Assembly (NCBI RefSeq): GCF_006345805.1
Contig: NC_042997.1
Coordinates: forward strand, 60,884,001-60,948,000
Length of the DNA: 64,000 nucleotides
Origin: Octopus sinensis
Taxonomy: Eukaryota
Reading direction: 5' to 3'
A program made the translations under genes and the position numbers. Shown here piece after piece: positions 1-12,066 of the stretch (positions are counted from its first letter, which is position 1; each line of letters starts with the position of its first letter). The notes beneath the pieces were generated by a model, which was not told the origin of the DNA, did not search any database, and saw only the letters and a list, made by a program, of their open reading frames with translations.

Positions 1-440
1 TCTCCTACCTACTTATCCAGTCATTCTTGTTTATCTGTCTCAATTTTCTCTCTATCCACCTACATGTACCTCTGATACCTCATCTCCACCATCCTTTCTC
101 CTTTTCCTGCCGGTGTACCCAACTATCTTCACAACAAGGTACCTGTTCCTGCCACATTGCCTATATTAGCCACTCAACACCTGGCACAAAGCCACCTTCC
201 TCAATAGTGTATCTCCAGTCTGTGAAGAGGACTTAATTTGAAAGTTACTTGGTGACCAACTAGTGCTGGTATCAGAAGGAAAACACCTATTACACACTGT
301 AACATAATTACTATTAGGAAGGGCAACTAACTATAGAAACCTTGCCTAAGCAGACATTGGAAATGAACACAACCCTCGAACTAGTTGAATCCTCTTGAAC
401 CATCCAAACCATGCAACATGAACATTGAACAATGATGAAG
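1..440 (+). mobile_element. Degenerate RTE-type LINE 3' UTR/tail fragment
   Basis: Contains ttaggaagggcaactaactatagaaaccttgcc and ends in a tgatga-type tail. The same 3' module occurs in better-preserved copies at 11075-12065, 54105-54270 and 62300-62445. Confidence 0.55.
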
Positions 441-602
441 GCAATATGTATGTAACCTGCCATAAAATGTTCTAAAGTGTAGCCTTATCAATATGTTACA
501 GCATAATTATATGTGTGTGTGTGTGTGTGTGTGTATGTGTGTGTGTGTGATTGGTGTGTGTATTCATATGTATATTCATTTCTATAAGTGTGTGATGGAT
601 GA

Positions 603-3017
603 TGTAGCAAATTACAAAACAACTGTCATCTCACCTTTCACTCCACTTTTCTGGAACCTGGTAATAAGGAAAAACTGAAGATAATCAATCTTTCAACCAA
701 ACCTCTTTCTAACATAAACATTGACATCCTCTCAAAAGGGCTCAAATTTACACCAACTCCACGCAGAGCCAACCTAAATGAAATCAAGGATAATATAACA
801 GAATTTTGCAGAAAATTAAGACTAGCAGAAGCATCAACCAGTTTCAATACTGAAGATGAATCACTAGTCAAGAACAAAAGTGAACACATCCCCCACAGAG
901 GAAGAAATAAAGATCTTGACGAATTCTGTAACCACATTGAGAACTTTCCCTACCATACTATACATAAACAGAAAGTTAACTCAAATTTTAACACTACACA
1001 ATGGAAGGAACTGATAGAACTTCAAAATGATGAAGATATAACCATTAAGGAAGCAGACAAGGGAAATGCAGTTGTAATAATGGATACATCATACTATAGA
1101 AATCTTGTAATTTCCTTGCTTGATGACAACCAACATTATGAAAAAATTACCAACTACACCCCACAAAAAATAATGAAAACTCTATCTTCACTAATTAAAA
1201 CCCGTGAAAAGGAACTAACAACCAAAGAGATTGACTTTCTAACAAACTTTAAATGCAAACCTAGCCTCTTCTATGGTCTGCCAAAAATTCATAAAAGCCA
1301 AATTATAAATGAAACCATTAAAAAATCACCAAAGACATACATACACACACCTAACCCAGGGGACCTAAAACTACGACCCATTGTAGCTGGCCCAACCTGT
1401 GAAACACACAGACTAAGTCTATTTATGGACATCCTCCCGAAACCCTTACTTAAACATATCGATAGCCATATCAGAGATGACTTAGATATGTTAAACCACC
1501 TTCCAAAAAAAGCCAAGGAAGAAACAATCATGGTTTCATTTGATGTAGTTAACTTATATACCAGTATACCTCATAATTATGGACTAGAGGCAATACAGTT
1601 CTGGCTGGACCAATTTCCAGAAGAAACACCAAAAAGGATCAGTAAAGAATTCATTACTAAATCAATTGAATTCATCCTACATAATAACCACTTCATGTTT
1701 GACAATACATTTTACTGTCAAAAATCCGGAATTGCTATGGGTACAAGGGCAGCACCAGTCATTGCGAACCTAACAATGGGCTACCTGGAAATAATCATTT
1801 ACCAGGAATCTTTATCAATCTTTGGAAACCCCCTCTCTCAATACATAAAAGAGAATTGGAAACGATTCCTGGACGATTGTTTTATACTCTGGAATGATAA
1901 ACTCCTAAAATTTAAAAACCTATTGAACAGCATAAACCCAAATATACAGTTCACAATGGAATACAACCAAAAGGAGCTCCCATTCTTGGATATACTAATT
2001 AAAAAAATTAACCTTAAAATAGAAACAGACATCTTTTACAAAGCCACAGACGCCAAACAATACCTTCTTTTTAATTCATGCCACCCAAGACACACTAAAA
2101 CAAACATCCCCTTCAACCTTGCAAGAAGGATATGCACAATAGTGTCAGAACAAAATACCAGGAACTTTAGACTGCAAGAACTCAAAAACACCCTAATTGA
2201 CAGACATTACCCAGCTCAACTCATAGAGGATGGGATCAGACGTGCAACAGAAATCAACATAGAAACTTTAAGAAAAGTTCAACACATCAACACACCTTCC
2301 CCGAAAATACTACCTTACATATCCACATACAACCCCAGAAACAAAGAAGCCTTCACCATCATCACCCAGAATTTACCAATACTTCATAAGGACCCCAAAC
2401 TAAAGGAAATTCTAAACATACACCAAATCATTAAAAGCTACAAACAACCTAAATCACTTAAAAAGATTCTCACAAAGGCAAAATTGTTTTCTGAAATTAC
2501 GGATGCAAAAGTAAAAAAATGTGGTAGACCGAACTGTGCAACATGTCCATACCTGCTAGAAGGATCAGAATTCCTCTTCAAAGAGGGACAGAAATTCAAG
2601 ATCAAATCTAATTTTACTTGTGCCTCTGAAAACATAATTTACGTCATAAAATGCTCGGGCTGCCACCAAGACTACGTGGGGTCCACGGGACTATCACTCA
2701 GACGTAGATGCACACTGCATCGACAACAGATTGCATTCCCAGAATACAGAATGATACCCTTTAGTAAGCACACTGAGAAATGCGCAAAGCAACTACTACC
2801 ACAATTTTTAATCTTTCCATTTTACCAATGTGCTATCGGAACACCAACACAAATTAGACTAAACAAGGAAACATTCTTCATTGAAAAATACAAGCCCAAA
2901 CTTAACCATTCCAACATACTTTTACAGAGAAATTCACTCCAAAAGAAAGGAAAAAAAATTTTAAGCGATTATCTCCCTTACACCAGAAGAAATCACTTAT
3001 TACCTCCCCTTATCTAG
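603..3017 (+). CDS. Penelope-like element polyprotein (RT + GIY-YIG endonuclease), Neptune-like, 5'-truncated
   Basis: Frame is open from 603 (after TGA 600-602) to the stop at 3015-3017. The PLE N-terminal motifs GLKFTPTP and IKEADKGNAVVIMD lie upstream of the ATG at 1080. RT motifs: RPIVAG, SFDVVNLYTSIP, QKSGIAMGTRAAP, RFLDDCF, FLDI, CHPRHTK. A Cys linker CGRPNCATC precedes GIY-YIG IIYVIKCSGCHQDYVGST ... ETFFIEKYKPKLN. Confidence 0.93.
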   Translation, partial: CSKLQNNCHLTFHSTFLEPGNKEKLKIINLSTKPLSNINIDILSKGLKFTPTPRRANLNEIKDNITEFCRKLRLAEASTSFNTEDESLVKNKSEHIPHRGRNKDLDEFCNHIENFPYHTIHKQKVNSNFNTTQWKELIELQNDEDITIKEADKGNAVVIMDTSYYRNLVISLLDDNQHYEKITNYTPQKIMKTLSSLIKTREKELTTKEIDFLTNFKCKPSLFYGLPKIHKSQIINETIKKSPKTYIHTPNPGDLKLRPIVAGPTCETHRLSLFMDILPKPLLKHIDSHIRDDLDMLNHLPKKAKEETIMVSFDVVNLYTSIPHNYGLEAIQFWLDQFPEETPKRISKEFITKSIEFILHNNHFMFDNTFYCQKSGIAMGTRAAPVIANLTMGYLEIIIYQESLSIFGNPLSQYIKENWKRFLDDCFILWNDKLLKFKNLLNSINPNIQFTMEYNQKELPFLDILIKKINLKIETDIFYKATDAKQYLLFNSCHPRHTKTNIPFNLARRICTIVSEQNTRNFRLQELKNTLIDRHYPAQLIEDGIRRATEINIETLRKVQHINTPSPKILPYISTYNPRNKEAFTIITQNLPILHKDPKLKEILNIHQIIKSYKQPKSLKKILTKAKLFSEITDAKVKKCGRPNCATCPYLLEGSEFLFKEGQKFKIKSNFTCASENIIYVIKCSGCHQDYVGSTGLSLRRRCTLHRQQIAFPEYRMIPFSKHTEKCAKQLLPQFLIFPFYQCAIGTPTQIRLNKETFFIEKYKPKLNHSNILLQRNSLQKKGKKILSDYLPYTRRNHLLPPLI

Positions 3018-3073
3018 AACTTTTCTCAACATAAACATAATGATAACTCTACTCAACGTAAACATAACGACGT

Positions 3074-3113
3074 AAGAAATTTGAAAAGCTGAACGCGAAA
3101 CCGGTCATTTCTT
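3074..3113 (+). ncRNA. Minimal type I hammerhead ribozyme in the PLE 3' terminal repeat (U3:A8 variant)
   Basis: Stem I aagaaat(3074-80)/atttctt(3107-13), 7 bp perfect. Core TTGAAAA, stem II gc/gc, GAAA, palindromic stem III ACCGGT, GUC cleavage triplet. Confidence 0.8.
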
Positions 3114-3235
3114 CTAAACTATGTCATTGTAAGAAAAAAATTTATAACATTCTTCAGACATATTGACTCAAATATATATTTTTTAACCTTTTAAAGCAAA
3201 CCTTCTGTAGTTTTTTCACTTTTTACTATTTTCTA

Positions 3236-3247
3236 TATATATAATAT

Positions 3248-3297
<50 letters not shown>

Positions 3298-3362
3298 CAT
3301 ACACACATCCATCCATACATACATATATATATATATATATACATACATACACATACCTTGAC

Positions 3363-3400
<38 letters not shown>

Positions 3401-3597
3401 TACATACCATATATATTTCATGTGACTGGGAACCAAACTTTTCAGAACTATATAATATATATAATATATATAATATACCTATAAAATATACATGTATATG
3501 TATACATGAGTGTGTAGGGGTGTTTTAGGGTGGTGGAATGCGTGTGTGTGTGTGAATAATATATAAATCATATGAAATATATATTTTGCTGCATATA

Positions 3598-3651
<54 letters not shown>

Positions 3652-3753
3652 TGCATACATACATAAATACCATATATGATATATTAGTATATAGGTATTT
3701 TATATATAATGCAAGTAGTATATGTGTGCATCTGTGTGTATATATGTACGTCT

Positions 3754-3798
<45 letters not shown>

Positions 3799-3808
3799 AT
3801 TATATATA

Positions 3809-3852
<44 letters not shown>

Positions 3853-3885
3853 GTATATACATATATATATATATATGCACATATA
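3236..3885. repeat. Compound (TA)n/(CA)n/(TG)n microsatellite cluster
   Basis: Directly visible dinucleotide runs; source of the YI/VC/HT-repeat ORFs in the track. Confidence 0.95.
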
Positions 3886-4049
3886 TTCACAATAATATTA
3901 AACAGTGAGAATGATTGCTCTGCATCAGTGGATGAATAATCTTTATTTGTGAATTAACAAGACAACAAATGCTTTCATGTGGAAAAGATCTTCGCAACTA
4001 TTCAAGTGAACCACTTGAGAATATTGATATTTCTCTCTATTTTTGATTA

Positions 4050-4200
4050 AGGCTCTGTGGTTGAGAAGTTCAGTTCCTCGCCATGTTGCATTGGGTTGAA
4101 TCCCAGTCTACAGCTCCTTACGGAAGTATCATCATTTATAGCTCCAGGCTGACCAATGCCCTGTGAGTGGATATGGTATACAGAGACTGCAAGAATACAA
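4050..4200 (+). mobile_element. Old tRNA-derived SINE (type A), degenerate
   Basis: ggctctgtggttgagaag...gggttgaatccc head followed by gctgaccaatgccctgtgagtggatatggta, matching the intact copy at 45800. Confidence 0.6.
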
Positions 4201-4445
4201 TATTGTATGTGTGCATGTGTGTGAGCGCGTATGTGTGTGTGTGTGTGTGCATGCATGTGCATGTGTGTGTAGTTAATTGTGAGGAATTATCAGTCTAGGA
4301 AAAATACACCAGGTTAACAACATTGTTTAGATTAGTGAAGAACTCCAAGTATTCTTATGGCAGGGTCCAAGGTTATGGTTCATCACAATTCTATATTGTA
4401 AATCTATGGTTGGGCTCCAGACAAACTGGTTTTTACACAGAGTGA

Positions 4446-4745
4446 TATATAAGACAAGGTATAAATAAGAGTCATTAGATATTATTCCTTTATTAGAGCA
4501 AATTTGGCTTACAGCTGTTTCCAGTAGTCATTATAGTCATTTCTGGTTATAACCCAAAATACCTCTGAGGAAAGTAGCATTGATTTTTTTTAAGCTTGGT
4601 CAATTTTTCTCAAGTGATCAATAGACCAATTGAGTAAACCTATCAGTAACGTACCTATAATGATTACTGGAAACAGCTGTAAGCCAAATTTGCTCTAATA
4701 AAGGAATAATATGTAATGGCCATTATTTATACCTTGTCTTATATA
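4446..4745 (+). mobile_element. PLE terminal-repeat fragment with ~91-bp inverted arms and a degenerate hammerhead
   Basis: Arms 4446-4536 and 4655-4745 are reverse complements. CTGAGGA at 4565-71, stem II aagtagcatt / aatgattactg, GAAA at 4670-73, palindromic ACAGCTGT plus A. Confidence 0.6.
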
Positions 4746-4954
4746 TATATAGGTATATATATACATTGGTATGGTGATGCAAACAGGAAAAATAGATCTC
4801 AAAATATGAGCATACGTATATTTTTATTAATATTTAGCAGAAGCATCAAAGTGACTCAAGGTCTGTGAATTTTGTGCCAACACATGAAACTCTCAAACCT
4901 TGAGTCACTCTGTAGCTTCTGGTAAATATAAATATATATATATATATATATAAT

Positions 4955-4988
<34 letters not shown>

Positions 4989-5279
4989 CATATATGGATG
5001 TGTCTGTGTTCGTTACTGTCTGTGATGGTGTGTACAAATATGTGTTGGTATTGCCAGTTTTACCAATTAACATATCTTACAGTCAGTTTGTACCTTGAAA
5101 ACCAAGTGAAATATGAGAGCCTATTCTTGAAAAAATGGTAAGAGTTACCGTTAGAAAGGATGTCTGTCTGTAAAAACAATGCAAGCAAAAGCAAAGAAAT
5201 GACAAAAAACAATGGATGCATAATGAATGAGTAAATATAGAGTGTGTAATATATAGAAATATAAAATATGTTCTCTAAG

Positions 5280-5340
<61 letters not shown>

Positions 5341-5446
5341 CGTGCATGTGTGTATACTCACACACACTTAAAGAATGTATTCTATTATATATATTATGTG
5401 CAATACATTTGCTCATTCAGACACTAACATGATGATGATAAAATAT

Positions 5447-5505
<59 letters not shown>

Positions 5506-5569
5506 CAGTAAATCATAAATCCGAAAGTGAACACACTCTAAGTTACAGAACAGTAGAGTATTTATATAA

Positions 5570-5704
5570 AAATAGATATGACCAGTCTATGAGGTAACCC
5601 AGGGTTTTGTGTTCATAAAGCACTTAGCTTTACAGAGCCTTAGTTGTAATGTGCTTTACAGACGTGAAACCCAGGGTAACCCCATAGACTGGCCATGACT
5701 ATCT
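5570..5704. repeat. Fold-back (MITE-like) hairpin element
   Basis: atgaccagtctatgaggtaacccagggtttt...taaagcac pairs with gtgctttac...gaaacccagggtaaccccatagactggccat. Confidence 0.65.
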
Positions 5705-6289
5705 TTATCTAAATATATATACATGTATATATATATATATATATATATGAAATAATTAATAGTGACAGAAGCAGTATTAATGTCAAAAGGTAATATTTAT
5801 CTCCATCATAATGTGGATGCTGCATTATTTACCATGAAAGTGCTTTTATGTGCTACAATTCCATATGAGAGGTCCTCTCATGGTAAACAACACTGTAGCA
5901 TGCTTTAAAAACATGGTAAAAGTAAATGAAGGCAAGGATTTTGAACAGGTGGGGAGGTATGTTTCTGTATATGAGGGAAGAGGGGGTAGGTTCCAGATAG
6001 TTCTGTTGATGCATGTATACACATGTGTATGTGTGTGTGTGTGCATGCACACGTGTGTGTGTATGCTACACATATTGTTTATGTGTAGATGTGTCTATAA
6101 GTTTGCTTAGCAAATTTTGTGAGCATGACTGTGCATGTATGTATAAGTTTAAGTGTATATGGAATGTAGTGGCATTAGCAGGATATGATAGGGTATGCAG
6201 GTATTTTAAAAATGCCTCATGGAGTGATGGCCATGCCCTACATAGTTACAGGCTACTTTTGGCAAGGCATAGCACCTGTTCAGTCACCC

Positions 6290-6724
6290 TACTAGGGATA
6301 CAGCAAAGTCATGGTACTCCAGCATGGTGGATTGTGAAGAAGTAACAGAAGAGCTCAACCGAGCAATGGTATTTCTTACGGTGATGCTGAGCTGAAGAAT
6401 CTTAGAAAAGCAGCGGTCAGGATCACCAAGCTCTAACTGGCACTCTGTCAGTTACAACAATGAGGTGCCTGTTGATCCAATCAATGGAACAGCCTGCTCA
6501 TGAAGTTAACGTGCAAGTGGGTGAGCACTCCACAGACATATCTACTCTTAATGTAGTTCTCAGAGGGTTTCAGCATGATACAGAATGTGAAATACAGGTA
6601 CTACTCATTTTTCCCAGCTGGGTGAACTGGAGTAATGTGAAATAAAGTGTCTTGCTCAAGGATACAACACACCACTGTGAGCTGTGAGTCAAATACCCTC
6701 ACCAGTAAGCCATGCACCTTCACC
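6290..6724 (-). mobile_element. tRNA-derived SINE (type C)
   Basis: Minus-strand head gtgaaggtgcatggcttactggtgagggtatttgactc, then a CORE/V-like segment ccttgagcaagacactttatttcacattactccagttcacccagctggg. Confidence 0.6.
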
Positions 6725-9700
6725 AAGTTGTGTAATCAGCAAATGAAAGATTCACTATGACTCAAGCTCTCAATTCAAATTCATAATAATGGAATTGGAT
6801 GGTGACAGTCAGTCATAGGAATCTGCGAAAGCAGCAAAAAACCCCCCAAAAGACAAGAAGGGATACTAGGAAGGATAGATAATTAAATTCTAAGTTCAAA
6901 TATGTAATTTTTATTATTTAGTGATGAAAATAGCAAACCAGTTATATTAGCTTGCCATTGAATCTTAAAATGAATATTCAAATCTCAGTGTTCACATGTG
7001 ATTAACAACAAATGATGGTTGGAATGGGTAGAAAATAAGGAGGGATGGAATATAGTAAAAGGAAGGTAAGAGTTTTGAATAGGTGTGGAAATTTAAACAT
7101 GTATATGAACAGTCTGTTGATGTATTTATGCATAAAGCTGTATGTCTGTGAATTCATAAGCTTTTATGCACCATTATATAGCCATTTCCATTTTCATATA
7201 TGTTTGTACATATATATTTTTGCATAAATGTTTGTGCAAAGTTTGCACTTTTATATATGGACGTGTAGTTGTATGTACATGAGCATGTACACACGCCTAC
7301 ATATATGTACAGACATCCATTGAACTTTATACACTAGATGTAGGAATGAATGTGTGTGCATGCACGCACGTGTGTGTGTGTGTGTGTGTGGCTGCGTAGG
7401 ATGTAGTGTTTGACAGGAATCATGAGACAGAGAAGTTGGAAGAATGGCTATATAAACATAGGCAAGAATAAGCCAATTATTATTACCAACGTTTCAGAAC
7501 AAACACACATACATATATATAGATAAACATACATAGAAACTTAAACAAGTGTTATATATATATATAGTTAAGCAAATACATAAACCATTATATATTTATA
7601 TAGTTGCAACCATGTGTTTACATATACATAGCCAGACATAGATATATAACCAAATATATTCTTACATCCATATATACAAAAGAGTATACTATATTTTCCA
7701 GCATACAAATCAAATTTTGCAGACCACAGTTTACAACCAAAAATGGTGGATTGACTTATACACCAAGACAACTTTGGAGGACAAAAGTTCCATATGAAAT
7801 GCAGCAGGATTTGGAAAGACAGTGATGATGTTTGAATGTTTAGAGTACATGTTTGTACTATGTACTATATTGACTTGTATGTAGCAAAATACAGTAAGAG
7901 CAAGTAGGTGTGTACATTTGGACAATACACAAATATGCAAGGAAACATAAGTACAAAGGTACCTGTATAAGTGTTAGTATAAACACATGGATAAAAAATA
8001 AAGAATTTCAAAAACACATAAGCATACAAAAGTGTTAATGCACACATTTGAGATAGTTGATTAAGCATGCATATTTGTATACAAAACAATCAAGGACATC
8101 TGTACAAAGCACTCATGTGGGATATGAAATAGGTGCAGTCACCAGAGTACATGTGATTTAATGGCAGTTTCAGTACACACATAAGCAGGCATGCACATAT
8201 TTATGTGCAGACAACAACACATCCATAAAAGTGCAAGGCATGCACAAACATTCAGGCAGGAATGTATAAATGCTGGAATGTGTAAGCACAATCATATCTG
8301 AAAATGGAAACGTGGTTATGTAAGGGTGCACAAATGCCCATTTATATGCATGTATAAATGGGTATTTTTGGTATAAAGGTATAAAATGGGGCATGTGTGT
8401 GCACACATAGATCTGCACATTGCCTATATACTTGTACATTATGCTAGTTAAGTTTTGTATGTGTAGTATGTATTGATTTGATCTTTAGTTTTCAGATTCA
8501 ATATCAACCTACCATTAATTGACATCACTAGCAAAGAAATATTTCAAATTTGGTTTTAATTATTCACTTCATTCCTTTATTTACCTCTACCAACCCCACC
8601 ATACTACACACACATTCAAATGCACACACACATTTTCTGTACAAGCATTATACCTGAATATACATATGGAAATACATGTATCAGACTGATCACAAATCCT
8701 CTTCTTGTCTAATACATATATTTAAATTTCCATACTGTTTCAAAATCCTTCCCCTCATTTTTTTCTATGTTACTCTTAATAATATCTTCACTCTTTCTCT
8801 CCTTTGAACTTTGTGTATTGACCATATCATATGACATCAAAGACGTGAACTCAAGATTCAATCAAAATCATGCACCCCTCATACACCCACACGCGCATGT
8901 GCGCACACATACACACACACACACACTCAAAACTTTTTAGAAACTACAAGGAAGCAGCTGTCAGCAGTTAATGAAGTTAACTACATAATTCCTGTTCCCT
9001 TGTCATTTTAAAAAATTTCATATCATGCACTCTGTACTTGCCTAAGGTTTTATTCTGAAGCATATGTACATTGCAAAATACACATTTTATGGCAGTAACT
9101 CATAGTTAGAAGCAAAGAAAATTCAAGAAAAATAGGAAGGAAGAACGAGATTAGTAATGATGAATTCAAAAAAAAAAGGGGGCAGGTAAAAAAGGCTGAG
9201 AGCAAGAGCAAGGTGCTACAAGTGAGAGAGAGGGTAGGGAAGATATAAGTATAGAAAAAGAAAGAAGGAAACAGAAAAAGTGAGTGAATAAATAGAGAAA
9301 AGTTAATGGGCTAAAGTCAGAATTACACTTTTCCCAAGTCATAAATCTAATTTTGAGGAGAACAGAGCATAGAAGTAAGAGCAAAGAGAATTTGTTGAAA
9401 GAAAATAGAAAACAGGAAAGCAACTAGACATCCCTTGCTGAAGTGAATGGTAGCTGACCTTTTTCTAGCCTTAATATAGTATAAGCATGGAAGCATGTTG
9501 ACCAGACATAACTGGAGCCAAAATCAAAATTTAAAGAATTATAAAAAGGAACAAGAAAATAACTGAACAAGAAGATAAAATGAAAAACAAAAGGTAAATT
9601 AGAAAATGTATAAGGAGGGGGCTATAAAATAGATTATTATATAACTATAAACAGAATTTTACAGACTTTAAGGTATCTTAAGTATAGATGTATATGTCAT

Positions 9701-10934
9701 TTCTAATAGGGCCAGTTTACATAAAGTAAATAGATGAAGAAGGATCTATAAAAGCTAGGGTGAAGATGTTAGGCTGAAATACAGATTTACAGTTATCTAA
9801 GATGATAAGAGCATATTGATCTATAGTAAAAATTAAACCTTTTAAAAATTTGGTGTCTGCAGAATGTGACTGCATCAAACTGTTTGTTAAATAGATTTCT
9901 TTTCTCACATAATTTTTCAGAGATTCCCTGCTGCACAAGTAACATGCAATGCAGCCATTTTGGTAAGGTCTTCCAGTCCAAATAATAGACTAGGTAATAC
10001 TACAGGAAATGTTAGTAGCCTTGAGATACTGGATATAATTTGCTAATGAGGTGAAAGATCGTAGTTTTTGCAGCTCTTATCTTGTCTGGTCTATGTGAAT
10101 ATATATTTATATATATACAGATATATACTTATGTTAAGGCTGCCAAACTGTCATATGCCACTTTTTTAGCATGGGATACCTAGTTGAATTCAATGAATTC
10201 TCTTTGGTCTTATTTTTATACTCAATTTTTTTTCTCAAACTTAGATATATGATTTGTTGTGACTCATCTGATTCTAACTGGCTATATAGCCCCTTCATCT
10301 TTTCTCAACATTTTTCTTTCTTACTTTTTACTACACTTATCTCTCTCCTATTTTCTCATCTGCTTTTACTTACAACTCCTCTCTATCTATTTCACAACCT
10401 TTCTTCCCATCTCTCTTCCTACCTTACCATAATTAATCTCCCCTTTTCCTGTCTTTTTATTGATGTTTCTATGCTCATGTTTGTGCTTTGTGACTTATCC
10501 TTATAAAGAAAACATTCAGAACTTAAATGGTTTCATCTTGATCATATTAATGCATCATATTTATGTACTGATAATGATTTCAATTTGTTTGATGTGTATT
10601 ATTGCATCAATGTACAGATGCATTTTCATAAAACATTATTACATCAGCAAATCATTGAATATTTGAAACAGCTGTAAAGACCTATCAAGGACTGTATCTT
10701 TTCTTTGCCAAGTATTTCTATAGTTACATCTACATAACATCTTTTTAGAAAAGATGGAAATGATATAAAGTCACACATACATGCTTGTTCGTCTTTTATC
10801 TCTATATTACATGCTTGAGTTACACATCACTTACAACTAACATTTCTTCCATGGAATTATTTCTACCCTGATTAAGAAGTTGGATTTCAAAAATCTACAC
10901 TCCCCAAGCACAACTCCAGTGTTTTCATTCACTA

Positions 10935-10935
<1 letters not shown>

Positions 10936-11010
<75 letters not shown>
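10936..11010. repeat. (CA)n microsatellite
   Basis: Pure CA run. Confidence 0.95.
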
Positions 11011-11014
<4 letters not shown>

Positions 11015-11074
11015 TTTTCTTTATCATTTAATGTTTGTTTTCCATGCTGGTATGGGATCATATAGTAAGCCAGA

Positions 11075-11381
11075 GAGTTGCACCAGACCCCAGTAATCAG
11101 TTTTGGCTTACTTTCTTCTGCTGGATGCCCTTCCTAATGCCAACCACTCTACAGAGTGTACCATGTACTTTTTATGTGTCACCAGCATGGGTGCTTTCAT
11201 ATGTCACTGGTATGGGTGCCTTTTACGTGGGACTAGTACCAGTGGGGTTGCCAAATAACTTGCAAGACAAAGGCTTCTTGGTTAAGGTGGGGAATGGAGC
11301 CAAGGGGAGTGGCTGTGTGCTAAACATGAGGTTGGAATATGATAGACAGAGATAGTCATCTTATGATAGAGAATTACTTGG
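11075..11381 (-). mobile_element. RTE LINE 3' UTR fragment
   Basis: ctggatgcccttcctaatgccaaccactctacagagtg is the reverse complement of the RTE tail motif. Confidence 0.7.
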
Positions 11382-11644
11382 TTATACTAGTAGGACAGGG
11401 AAGTAGAAGGGAGTTGGGAGAGAGTTAGGAGACAGGCAGAGTGAAAGAGAGAAATAGATAGTGTGGGGATATATTGGGTCTACCAATAGGGGACAGTGAG
11501 GGGGTTTAAGTAGTGTAGAGGGATAGAGATGGATGTGCCATGAAAGTGTGAAAAGATATGTTTGAGGATGGAAAAGATGTGACGGTAGCAAGTGATGGTG
11601 AGAGAAATTGAAGTGGCCAGGAAGTGGGGTGGAGAAGGGAAAAT

Positions 11645-12065
11645 ATGTGAGGGCATGACAGAGGACAAAGATATGTGGCACATTACTGTACTTAAGACTC
11701 ACCCACCATAACAGAATTGATATCCTAAAAACCAAGGTGTCACATAAAAATGCATTGGTGCTGATGCTGATTCCACATAAAAATACTGGTGCTAGTGCCA
11801 CCTAAAAAGCACTAGTAATGGTGTCATATAAAAAGCACCCAGTACACTCTGTAAAGAGGTTGGAATCCAGCCAAGTAATTCTCTATCATAAGACGACTAT
11901 CTCTGTCTATCATATTCCAAACTCATGTTTAGCACACAGCCATTTCCCTTGGCTCCATTCTCCACCTCAACCAAGAGGCCTTTTTCTTGCAAGTTATTTG
12001 GCAACCCCACTGGTACTAGTGCCACGTAAAAGGCACCCATGCCAGTGACATATGAAAGCACCCAT
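11645..12065 (+). mobile_element. RTE LINE 3' end (ORF end plus rearranged 3' UTR)
   Basis: Translates GMTEDKDMWHITVLKT (RTE C-terminus type) followed by gccacgtaaaaggcaccc-type UTR repeats. 11871-12065 is an inverted copy of 11187-11381. Confidence 0.65.
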
Positions 12066-12066
12066 C

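Noticed and set aside
5081-5167. Minus-strand segment with a strong acceptor (tttttacag) and gtaaga donor; one frame ends in ISLGFQG, reminiscent of Slo2 YLGYKG
   Set aside because: The frame that is open between the strong sites has no Slo2 similarity, and the LGFQG frame needs a weak donor and the wrong phase.
6391-6415. CTGAAGA followed closely by GAAA
   Set aside because: No stem II or stem III; lies within a SINE. The same applies to CTGATGA-t-GAAA near 29545.
7690-7775. Sequence resembling a Tc2/pogo-type terminal region
   Set aside because: Too short and degenerate; no partner end found.
9900-10020. Minus-strand tactaac branch-like site followed by SIIWTGRPY, resembling Slo2 ILWVxRP
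   Set aside because: The second Trp and Gln of the motif are absent, and the phase-2 frames from both AGs hit stops or unrelated sequence.
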